Part shown: positions 46,130 through 54,338 of the stretch, piece after piece
Layout of the letters: every line of letters begins with the position of its first letter
Position numbering within the stretch: the stretch's first letter is position 1
Source of the DNA: Fimbriimonadales bacterium
GTDB taxonomy: Bacteria > Armatimonadota > Fimbriimonadia > Fimbriimonadales > ATM1
Direction of reading: 5' to 3'
Length of the DNA: 64,000 nucleotides
Assembly: GCA_051003155.1 (NCBI GenBank)
Contig: JBPCLO010000051.1
Location: forward strand, 96,001-160,000
The notes under the pieces: model-generated
Told to the model about the DNA's origin: nothing
The model's database searches: none
Seen by the model: the letters and a program-made list of their open reading frames with translations, nothing else
Position numbers and translations under genes: made by a program

Positions 46130-48097
46130 GTGCGCTTTTCCCTTTCGATGATCCTGACCTTCGTCGCGACGCTTTCGTTGGCCCAAAACCGCGAGATTCC
46201 CGGCAAAGAACTCACTAAACCACCGGTCATCGACGGCGTGATTTCGGAAGTCGAATGGGCCGAAGCGGCGGAGTCGGGCGGTTTTGTCGACCCGGTTACC
46301 GGCAAGGAAACCGAGTTCGACACCAAGGTCCTCGCCGGCTACGACTCAAGCAACATCTATTTTGCCGTTAAGGCGACGGACCCCTCGCCGAATCTAATCC
46401 GCATGTCCGAGTATCGGCGTGGCGCCGATATGGAAGGTGACGACAAGATCGTGGTCGTCATCAATCCCTATGGTACGTTCCGCGAGGAGGACTTCAGCGA
46501 GTTCGAAGTCAACCCGCGCGGAGCGGCTCGGGCAGATTTCGCAGGCGGCCGAGCAAGCAAGCGCGAGTGGGAGGGCGACTGGGAAGCGGCCGGCAAAGCG
46601 ACCGCAAGCGGCTACGAAGTCGAGATCCGAATACCGTGGCGCATCCTTCGGCTGCCCTCGGCCGGCACGAGGAACCTGACGTTCAACTTCGGAAGATACA
46701 TCGCACGCAAGCAACAGGAGCTTTTCTGGGCGAACCTCGGCACCCAGGAACGCTTCGAACTCAGCGGCATTTGGAAGGACGTAAAGGTTCCAGCCGTTCA
46801 AACCGGAAGCGTGATCCAGGCGCTTCCGTATCAAGTAGCTGGGCTCGCCGAGGATGGACACATATTCAACACCGGCGTGGACCTTCGCTACCAAGTTGGT
46901 TCTCAGATAACGACCCTCGCGACGATCAATCCCGACTTTGCGAACGTGGAAAGCGCGGTCCTGGGTATCGAGTTTTCGCGCTTCGAGCGCCTCGCCGACG
47001 AGCGGAGGCCGTTCTTCGTCGAAGGCTCGAGCTTCTTCGGCATCGGCGGAATGTCCGCCCGCCTGTTCGCTCCTCAGCGGATCGGCCAGATCGACTTCGG
47101 AGCCAAAGGCTTCGGACAAATCACCGCCAACGATTCGATCGGCGCCCTAGTCACCGGTAGGCTTGGCGAAGAGACCGCCGGGGTCTTTCGGTATCGCAAG
47201 ACGTTCGGGCCGCGCGCCTCCATCAACGCGGGCTATGTTGGTTTCGACGACCCTGAGGGCCACAACCATGCGTACGGAATAGAAGCCTACTACGACGGCC
47301 CGCGTTGGGGCGGCGACTTGATCTTCAGCCAAACGGACGACGAGCTCGTCGGGGTGGGCTCACGCCTCGACGCGGACATCACGTATGGCGACGGCACGCT
47401 CTTTGCGTTCGGAGGGTGGCAACGGATCAGCGAGGACTTCCTCCCCCGCCTGGGGTTCGCGCCGCGAAAGGGCTTCCAGGGTTTTTCGATGTTCGCCGGG
47501 TACGAGAAAGAGTGGCGTTCCGGCCCTTTCAGGCATTTCGAGATTGGCGCGGAATTCGTCGACAGGCTGAAAGAGAACGGCAACGGAGTTTTCGAAAGGG
47601 GCCAAGCGGCCTCGATCTCCTTTTCCCAACGAAACGGCCTCTTTTACGGGGTCGATTTCGAGAACTTCAATTTCGAAGGCGATATCGTGCGCGTCGCGGG
47701 TTTCGGCATCGGCTACCCCTCCGATGACCCCAATCACCGCATAGAAATGGGCGGCAACGTTGGCGAGGTCGAGGGCGAGGACTACCACGACGTTGCCCTG
47801 TCGGCCACCTACCGGTTTCCGAATCGGCTTACCACGTCCGCAGCACTGCAGTTCGTCCGCGAAACCGGCCAGAATGAGTTTCAGCACATCTTCGGGGCGA
47901 CGTACGAGCTTTCCGAGTTCCGTTCCGTCTCCGGCCGCGCGATCGTCGGGGACCAAGGCGTCAACTGGTACGTCGCATTCCGCCAGTCGGGCAACCTGGG
48001 AACCGAGTACTACCTGATCATCGGAGACCCCCGAGCCAACAGCTTCGAGAACAAAGTCGTCCTCAAGGTCGTCACACCATTGACTATCAAATTGTAG
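46130..48097 (+). CDS. CBM9-like/DUF5916 domain outer-membrane protein
   Basis: Signal peptide; PVIDG..EW, YEVEIRIPW, NPDFANVE, ERRPFFVEG; C-terminal amphipathic beta strands. Confidence 0.8.
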   Translation: MRFSLSMILTFVATLSLAQNREIPGKELTKPPVIDGVISEVEWAEAAESGGFVDPVTGKETEFDTKVLAGYDSSNIYFAVKATDPSPNLIRMSEYRRGADMEGDDKIVVVINPYGTFREEDFSEFEVNPRGAARADFAGGRASKREWEGDWEAAGKATASGYEVEIRIPWRILRLPSAGTRNLTFNFGRYIARKQQELFWANLGTQERFELSGIWKDVKVPAVQTGSVIQALPYQVAGLAEDGHIFNTGVDLRYQVGSQITTLATINPDFANVESAVLGIEFSRFERLADERRPFFVEGSSFFGIGGMSARLFAPQRIGQIDFGAKGFGQITANDSIGALVTGRLGEETAGVFRYRKTFGPRASINAGYVGFDDPEGHNHAYGIEAYYDGPRWGGDLIFSQTDDELVGVGSRLDADITYGDGTLFAFGGWQRISEDFLPRLGFAPRKGFQGFSMFAGYEKEWRSGPFRHFEIGAEFVDRLKENGNGVFERGQAASISFSQRNGLFYGVDFENFNFEGDIVRVAGFGIGYPSDDPNHRIEMGGNVGEVEGEDYHDVALSATYRFPNRLTTSAALQFVRETGQNEFQHIFGATYELSEFRSVSGRAIVGDQGVNWYVAFRQSGNLGTEYYLIIGDPRANSFENKVVLKVVTPLTIKL

Positions 48098-48187
48098 CCA
48101 AGGGATTGAGCTCCGACGACAGATTCCTGTCGACTGAATGAAAAGCGCAAACTCGCAATCGCCCCCTCTCGCTCTTTTGCACTGTGT

Positions 48188-49291
48188 TTGCAAGTCGTGC
48201 CTTGGGCGAGCTGGAGGAAGGCCATAATTACTAAATGTCGTTTCGAACCGTTATTCTCGTTCGCTGGGCGAGTTCTTACAACGAGCACGGTGTTCGCGCT
48301 CGCCGCGGCTACAAATGCCCAATGGACGGTCGTGAAGCTACACCCGCATGGGTCGACCGAGTCCGCGGCCTACGCCATTGACGCGGGTCAGCAGGTCGGT
48401 TATTCGCGCGTGCGGAGTCTGCCCCACGCGTCTTTGTGGACGGGGAAACCAGATTCGTGGCTAGACCTACTCCCCACGAGGTATATCTTCGTGTCATACG
48501 CGACGGGTGTCCACGAGGGTCAGCAGGTCGGCTACGTCAACCACATTTCCACGGGGGATACGGTCGCATTTCTTTGCAGGGGAACGCCTGAATCCTTGGT
48601 GAGCCTCAATCCAAAGGGAGCTGCAGAGTCATTTGCCCTTGGCGTGCATGAAGGGCGCCAAGTAGGCGGCGCCGTTGTGGCTGGGGTTACGCGTGCGGGC
48701 ATGTGGGCGGGCTCGGCTGATACTTGGATTGATCTGCATCCCCTGGGGTCAGTAGGCTCAATGGCCTTCGGGATATACAAGGGTCAGCAGGTGGGACATT
48801 CTACGCTCTTCACGAATGCGGACTCAAGTTCCCATGCTGGCCTCTGGACTGGCACGGCGGCATCCTGGGTAGACCTCCATCCGGCAGCGGCGGTCGATTC
48901 TTCAGCAGTTGCTGTTCATCAAGGTCAACAAGTGGGCATGGCGTTTGTCAACGGCAAGCGTCACGCAAGTTTTTGGACCGGAACCGCGGATTCGTGGGTA
49001 GACCTCAATCCGCGAGGCGCGAGCGCTTCGGACTGCTTAGGCGTGCACCGGGGAATGCAGGTGGGCTGGGCTCAGAGATACGGGCGCACACACGCCACTC
49101 TCTGGACTGGAATGGCCGATTCATCAGTCGACCTCCATATCTTCCTGGCTTCGAATTACACGAATTCTCGAGCTCATGGGATATGGGAGGATAATGAAGG
49201 CGCCGTGTACATAGTCGGTGAAGGGTTCAACTCCGTGGCGGGCCGTTACGAGGCGCTCATGTGGGCTCGACGAAAACCTGGCCGGCGGTAG
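48188..49291 (+). CDS. Secreted GQQVG-repeat (probable beta-propeller) protein; 5' end possibly frameshifted
   Basis: Same repeats as 23239..24687; plausible true start at ATG 48235 in another frame. Confidence 0.78.
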   Translation: MQVVPWASWRKAIITKCRFEPLFSFAGRVLTTSTVFALAAATNAQWTVVKLHPHGSTESAAYAIDAGQQVGYSRVRSLPHASLWTGKPDSWLDLLPTRYIFVSYATGVHEGQQVGYVNHISTGDTVAFLCRGTPESLVSLNPKGAAESFALGVHEGRQVGGAVVAGVTRAGMWAGSADTWIDLHPLGSVGSMAFGIYKGQQVGHSTLFTNADSSSHAGLWTGTAASWVDLHPAAAVDSSAVAVHQGQQVGMAFVNGKRHASFWTGTADSWVDLNPRGASASDCLGVHRGMQVGWAQRYGRTHATLWTGMADSSVDLHIFLASNYTNSRAHGIWEDNEGAVYIVGEGFNSVAGRYEALMWARRKPGRR

Positions 49292-49501
49292 CTTTGACCA
49301 TTCACGAAAAGGGGAACTCTAAATACTCCGAACCGGGCAGGTCGTACTCAAAGTCGTCACGCCGTTTAGCCTTCGGCTCTGAGCCCGGACGTGTTTCCAT
49401 GCTCTGGCAAGATCTGCCAGTTGGCCGGTTTTGCGCTTGACGGCTTGCGGTATAACTTCCCCCGGAAATGGGCAGGCGACGGCAGCACGAATCGGAGTTC
49501 A

Positions 49502-50266
49502 ATGGATAGCCGCGAGAGGCTTGTCGGAGCGGCCCGAGGAGGAGCGGTGGACCGGGCCCCGTGGTTTGCCTGGAGCCCGGCAACTTCCGCTCGAACCGCG
49601 ATTGATTTCGCCAAGAAGTGGCAGACCGATGCCGTGGTGGTGGAGAGCGCGATCGACTGCGGGCAAGTGCTCGCCGAGGCCCCCGAAGTCGCAGTCCTCG
49701 TCGAGGTCGGCAACCCGTTCGGAGAGGCGATGCAAGCGGGAATCGACCTGAACGAAGAGTTTTCACGCGGCCCGATCGACGGCAGCTCCGCTTTCGGCGC
49801 GTATGCCCAAGGCGTCACGAGCAGCCTTCAGGCGGCCCTAGAGAGTGGCGCGGACGGAGTGCTGTACCGGCTCTTTGGGGCCGATCCCGGCCTCAGCAGC
49901 CCGATGCAGTTCGGCGGTTTTTACTTGGAGCAGGAGCGCGAACTCCTCCAAAGCATCGCCGATGCCCGCCTCAACGTTCTTTATGTCGAAGGCGGTGAGG
50001 AGATGTTCCTCGATGTCTTGGCAGACCTGCCTGCGCAGGCGTTTTCATGGGATGAAGGACGATCGCATATCTCGCCCCAAGAGGTTCGCAAGGTACGCAA
50101 GGGTGCGCTCGCCTGCGGCCTCGAGAGCAGCCACCGCAAGCTCTGGGACGATTTCGGCGGCACGGGCCTGATCCTCTGCGGCCAAGTTTCCGATTTGAGC
50201 GAATTTGATTTCAGCGAAGTCAGCGAAGCGGCCCAAGACCTCCCGAGTCCGGCTGCCCATGAATAA
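49502..50266 (+). CDS. Divergent uroporphyrinogen decarboxylase-like TIM-barrel protein
   Basis: MDSRERL.AARGGAVDRAP, ALESGADGV, AFSWD motifs; shorter than typical. Confidence 0.55.
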   Translation: MDSRERLVGAARGGAVDRAPWFAWSPATSARTAIDFAKKWQTDAVVVESAIDCGQVLAEAPEVAVLVEVGNPFGEAMQAGIDLNEEFSRGPIDGSSAFGAYAQGVTSSLQAALESGADGVLYRLFGADPGLSSPMQFGGFYLEQERELLQSIADARLNVLYVEGGEEMFLDVLADLPAQAFSWDEGRSHISPQEVRKVRKGALACGLESSHRKLWDDFGGTGLILCGQVSDLSEFDFSEVSEAAQDLPSPAAHE

Positions 50267-51770
50267 CTTCAACCCGACTCCGGCTCCGTTCGACTGGCCC
50301 GCCATGTATCCGACCATCGCGGTATTTCTAGCCGGGGTGGCAGCGATGTTCATCGAAATGCTCTGGCCGCGCAGGACGAACAACGCTATCGTCTTGACGA
50401 GCTTGGTTGGCCTAGGTATTTCGGCCGCCTTGGTCGGCAAGATTTGGGGACAGACGAGCGAAAGCCTGGGCGGCCTCTTCATCAACGACCGTTTCGGGCA
50501 GGTGATGCAGATCGCCCTGATCGCGGTGACCTTCATCACGATCCTCTACAGCGAGGGCTATCTGCGCGAGCGGCGGGTTCCGTTCGGCGAGTACTACCCC
50601 CTCGTTATCTGGTCGGCGGTCGGCGGCATGATTATGGCGACTTCGCGCGACCTGCTGGTTATTTTCCTCGGCCTCGAGGTCCTTTCGATCGCCCTCTATG
50701 TGCTCTCCGGGCTGAGCTCGAAGGAGCGCAAGTCTCAGGAGTCGGCCCTGAAGTACTTCTTGCTGGGCGCCTTCGCATCGGGCTTTCTGCTCTACGGGAT
50801 CGCCCTCGTCTACGGCGCAACCGGCAGCACGCACATCGGGTCGATCGCCGCATTGATGCAAATGGGCGATGCCGTCGACCCGGTCAATGTCAAGCTCCTC
50901 TATGGGGGACTCGGATTGATCCTGGTCGGCTTCGGTTTCAAGACCGCGCTCGTGCCGTTCCACATGTGGACGCCCGACGTGTACCAGGGAGCGCCGACCA
51001 GCGTAACGGGCTTCATGGCAGCGGCGGTAAAGATCGCTGCGTTCGCCGGGCTCGCCCGTTTCCTGGATGGCGCGATCGACCTCAGGGCCGTGTGGCTTCC
51101 GATCGTCATGATGCTTGCGGTGCTGACGATGACCGTCGGCAACCTCGTTGCGCTCGTGCAGAAGGATGCAAAGCGAATCCTGGGATACTCCAGCATTGCC
51201 CACGCCGGATACGTTCTCGTGGCTCTCGCGGCGTACGGTAGCCTCAAGGGCTCTGCCGACGCGGTCGGCTACAACACGCTCGCTTACTATTTGATCTCGT
51301 ATGGAGTCATGACCGTCGGCGCCTTCGCGGTCCTGTCACTGTCCGCCAGGAACGGCCAAGAGGGCACACAGTTGGACGACTTCAACGGGATGTACCAGCG
51401 CTCACCGTTCCTCGCAGCAGCGATGATCATTTTTATGGCGAGCCTCGCGGGCATCCCCCTGACGGCAGGTTTCCTCGGGAAGTTCCTGATCTTTAAGGAC
51501 GCGCTTTCGGCAGACCTGCTCTGGCTTGCGCTCGTGCTGGCGGTGAACTCCGTCATCAGCGCTTTCTACTATCTTAGAATCGTGCTCGCAATCGCCGTTC
51601 AAATGTCGGACCCTCGCGAGCCCAGATTCGGAAGGGTGAATGCGGGTCTGGTCGCTGCCTGCGGAGCGTGCGTCGCACTCGTATTGGGGATGTTCTTCTG
51701 GTACCAGCCGATGGCCGATTGGATGAGCCTTCGGCCGGAGGCCGTGCCGGTCGTCAGGTCGAGCCGGTAA
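50259..51770 (+). CDS. nuoN: NADH-quinone oxidoreductase subunit N
   Basis: GLEVLS, ESALKYFLLG, FKTALVPFHMWTPDVYQGAP, YSSIAHAGY, SLAGIP. Confidence 0.95.
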   Translation: MNNFNPTPAPFDWPAMYPTIAVFLAGVAAMFIEMLWPRRTNNAIVLTSLVGLGISAALVGKIWGQTSESLGGLFINDRFGQVMQIALIAVTFITILYSEGYLRERRVPFGEYYPLVIWSAVGGMIMATSRDLLVIFLGLEVLSIALYVLSGLSSKERKSQESALKYFLLGAFASGFLLYGIALVYGATGSTHIGSIAALMQMGDAVDPVNVKLLYGGLGLILVGFGFKTALVPFHMWTPDVYQGAPTSVTGFMAAAVKIAAFAGLARFLDGAIDLRAVWLPIVMMLAVLTMTVGNLVALVQKDAKRILGYSSIAHAGYVLVALAAYGSLKGSADAVGYNTLAYYLISYGVMTVGAFAVLSLSARNGQEGTQLDDFNGMYQRSPFLAAAMIIFMASLAGIPLTAGFLGKFLIFKDALSADLLWLALVLAVNSVISAFYYLRIVLAIAVQMSDPREPRFGRVNAGLVAACGACVALVLGMFFWYQPMADWMSLRPEAVPVVRSSR

Positions 51771-51796
51771 GTCCAAATAGGTAAAGTAGCGACTCG

Positions 51797-52651
51797 ATGA
51801 AACTGGGACTCAGCATGTGGAGCTACGTCCGCCCATGGCAGGCGGGCCAGATGGAGGCTCCGGACTTTGTGCGTACCGCAAAGACACTCGGCGTGGACGG
51901 CGTCGAGCTGCTCGATTTCTTTTACCGCGACAAGGCCGATTGGGGACCCGAGACCCAAAGCATCCGTCGGGCGCTCGATGAAATGGGTCTGCCGGTCGGA
52001 GTTTTTTCCGTGAGCAATGACTTCGCGCAAGCGAACGAATCCGATCGCGACGCACAGATTGATCTCATCATACGTGGCGTCGACCAAGCCAAGGCCTATG
52101 GGGCGGATGTCGTACGGGTTTTCGCCGGCGGCTCGGTGCCGGGGGCGAGCGAAGATGACACTTTCGGCTGGTTCTTGCATGGGCTCTGCGAGGCGTCCTA
52201 CTATGCAGCCGATAAAGGCATAAAGCTCGCTCTGGAAAACCACGGTCAATATGCAGGGCGCAGCGGCCAGGTCGAGGACCTCATCCATAAAGTCCGCATC
52301 GCCACCGGGTCGGACACTCTCGGCGCAAATCCCGACACAGGCAATTTTGTGCTCGTGAACGAGGATTCTGTCGATGGCGTGCGCGGCGTGGCGAAATATG
52401 CGCATATGTGCCACTTCAAGGATTTTGAATTAGCGCCTTCCGATTGGGCCGGGCCGTGCTACGAGGCGCTCGACGGAACGCGCTTCATCGGCTCGGCGAT
52501 CGGTGAGGGTTCCGTGGATTTAGATGCATGCGTTTTCGAACTGCGCAACTACGGTTTCGACGGATGGCTGAATATCGAGTACGAGTCCGACGAGGACCCG
52601 GCATTCGGAGTGCCGAGAAGCGTGGCGCACGCGAGGAAGTACGTGAATTAG
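51797..52651 (+). CDS. Sugar phosphate isomerase/epimerase (xylose isomerase-like TIM barrel)
   Basis: LALENHG, DTGNF, HFKD, IEYE. Confidence 0.88.
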   Translation: MKLGLSMWSYVRPWQAGQMEAPDFVRTAKTLGVDGVELLDFFYRDKADWGPETQSIRRALDEMGLPVGVFSVSNDFAQANESDRDAQIDLIIRGVDQAKAYGADVVRVFAGGSVPGASEDDTFGWFLHGLCEASYYAADKGIKLALENHGQYAGRSGQVEDLIHKVRIATGSDTLGANPDTGNFVLVNEDSVDGVRGVAKYAHMCHFKDFELAPSDWAGPCYEALDGTRFIGSAIGEGSVDLDACVFELRNYGFDGWLNIEYESDEDPAFGVPRSVAHARKYVN

Positions 52652-52662
52652 AAAACCGCTTC

Positions 52663-52739
52663 TGGTAGCGGAGGTCGGACTCGAACCGACGACCCTGCGG
52701 GTATGAACCGCATGCTCTAACCAACTGAGCTACTCCGCC
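52663..52739 (-). tRNA. tRNA-Met (CAT), elongator type
   Basis: GGCGGAG...TGCGG TT CAT AC CCGCA...GTCGG TTCGAGT CCGAC CTCCGCT A CCA; lacks the initiator C1:A72 mismatch and GGG/CCC anticodon stem. Confidence 0.93.
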
Positions 52740-52754
52740 AAAGAGGCAGCAATT

Positions 52755-53078
52755 TTACCTCGGCGGGGCTATGTTGCGGATGTATCGGATCTGGCCGGCG
52801 TGATAAATGTCGTGCTCGATCAGCATGAGAAAGAGGTCTTTCGTTCGCATCGATTTTCCGCCCCAAGCTCTCACGGACGAGTTCAAGTCCGCGGTACCCC
52901 TCAAAGTCGTAACAACCTGTTCGTGCGCCTCATCGAGTTCCGGTAGCATTCCTGCCAATGTGCTTTTGCTTAGCGGCATTTTCTTCCAGTCCAACGAGCC
53001 GTCGCCGAATGCATGATCAATCTGCACCAGCTTATCTCCCGTAACATTCAATAATCCGGCAATGTCATCGACCTTCAT
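52755..53078 (-). CDS. DinB-family protein, short
   Basis: C-terminal EHDIYHAGQI motif; only 107 aa. Confidence 0.65.
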   Translation of the reverse strand: MKVDDIAGLLNVTGDKLVQIDHAFGDGSLDWKKMPLSKSTLAGMLPELDEAHEQVVTTLRGTADLNSSVRAWGGKSMRTKDLFLMLIEHDIYHAGQIRYIRNIAPPR

Positions 53079-53581
53079 CTAGCAACACGAAATTCTTCGA
53101 TTAAACGCCGCGCTTCGCCCTTGGTGTCCCAGCGGAGAATTTCCACAGATTTCTTCAAGTTGTTTGAACACTTCGAAGAAATGCACAATTTCTCGGCGAA
53201 CGTGTTCGGATAAGTCGTCCAAGTCCTCCATATCGCTAAATCATGGGTCCTTCGTTGCGATGCAAATAATTTTGTCGTCGCGTCCTTTTCGTCCCACATT
53301 CCCAAGATGCCGATTGGTTTCGCGTCGACGATGCACCCTGGAAACGTTGGATGGGTTAACAGAACAAAGGCGTCGAGTGGATCGCCGTCGCTATAAAGTG
53401 TTTCCGGGATAAATCCGTAATCGCAAGGATAAAACAGAGGTGAGAATAGCACCCGGTCGAACCGCACCAAGCCGGTGTCGTGCTCGATCTCGTACTTGTT
53501 GGTGCTGCCCTTCGGAATTTCCACAATAACGTTGACGGTGTTCGGCGCGTTCGCCCCGACGCAGACCATTCCAAACCGCAT
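53075..53581 (-). CDS. ppa: Family I inorganic pyrophosphatase, internally disrupted
   Basis: EIPKGSTNKYE, YGFIP, DGDPLD; the DDKII...EIVHFF segment lies in a shifted frame. Confidence 0.88.
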   Translation of the reverse strand: MRFGMVCVGANAPNTVNVIVEIPKGSTNKYEIEHDTGLVRFDRVLFSPLFYPCDYGFIPETLYSDGDPLDAFVLLTHPTFPGCIVDAKPIGILGMWDEKDATTKLFASQRRTHDLAIWRTWTTYPNTFAEKLCISSKCSNNLKKSVEILRWDTKGEARRLIEEFRVAR

Positions 53582-53639
53582 GCCCGAATGCTACCTAAGC
53601 GAGGTGCATCTTTCAGGCGCGCGCGTGCGTATTTGACAC

Positions 53640-54338
53640 ATGCTCCCTCTCCTCAAAGGCCTCAACGCACTCTTCTCGAGGCCCAGGCTTTGGGGTTATT
53701 CGTGGAAGCCACTCGCCTGGGCGGCAGCCCTCTACCTGCTTGTCCTGATCCTCGGCCAGTGGCTAATCGTTCCGCGGCTTTCCGAGCGAATTTCCGGGTA
53801 CGGCTGGCTCGATTGGACGGTGAGCATCGCCGGCGCAATCTCGATCACCTTCCTGTGGGTTGTGGCAGCCAATTTCATCTTGGTGGCCGTGTCTGCGGTC
53901 TTCAGCAGCTTTTTATGGGGCCGGCTTTCGTTGGAAGCCGAGGAAGCCATTTACGGAGATGCTCCTCGTAACGAGCCCGGGTGTGCGATGGCCATTGCGG
54001 ACACAGTTTTTCGCCTATTAATGGCGATCGTCGTCGTGGGTGCGACTTTGCTGCTCGGATGGCTTGGACTCGTCGTTGGTGCAGCAGCCGCAGGATTTCT
54101 TTCGCTAATGGACTTTTCGGCGCCGGCCTATTTTCGCCGAGGTATCGCTTTTCCTGCCCAGTTGAAAGTGTTATCCACGAAGTCCGCCCTGGGATTCATG
54201 ATCGGTTGCGGTCTCGCCAGCCTGATGCCGTTCGCATTCGTGCTGGCAATTCCCGCTATGGTCATCGGCGGTACGATTCTGTGCCGAGAGGCGGAAGGAC
54301 CTAAAGGGCCTCGGCCTTCCCGTAGTGGCAGTGCTTGA
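53640..54338 (+). CDS. EI24/CysZ-like membrane protein
   Basis: Hydrophobic pattern; LS..AE, DFSAP..RRG, P.MVIGGT motifs. Confidence 0.6.
   Translation: MLPLLKGLNALFSRPRLWGYSWKPLAWAAALYLLVLILGQWLIVPRLSERISGYGWLDWTVSIAGAISITFLWVVAANFILVAVSAVFSSFLWGRLSLEAEEAIYGDAPRNEPGCAMAIADTVFRLLMAIVVVGATLLLGWLGLVVGAAAAGFLSLMDFSAPAYFRRGIAFPAQLKVLSTKSALGFMIGCGLASLMPFAFVLAIPAMVIGGTILCREAEGPKGPRPSRSGSA

Noticed and set aside
53241..53243. In-frame TGA in the restored ppa frame as selenocysteine or recoding
   Set aside because: The position corresponds to Arg in a DPRF-type motif, not Cys, and TGA is used as a normal stop elsewhere in the window.
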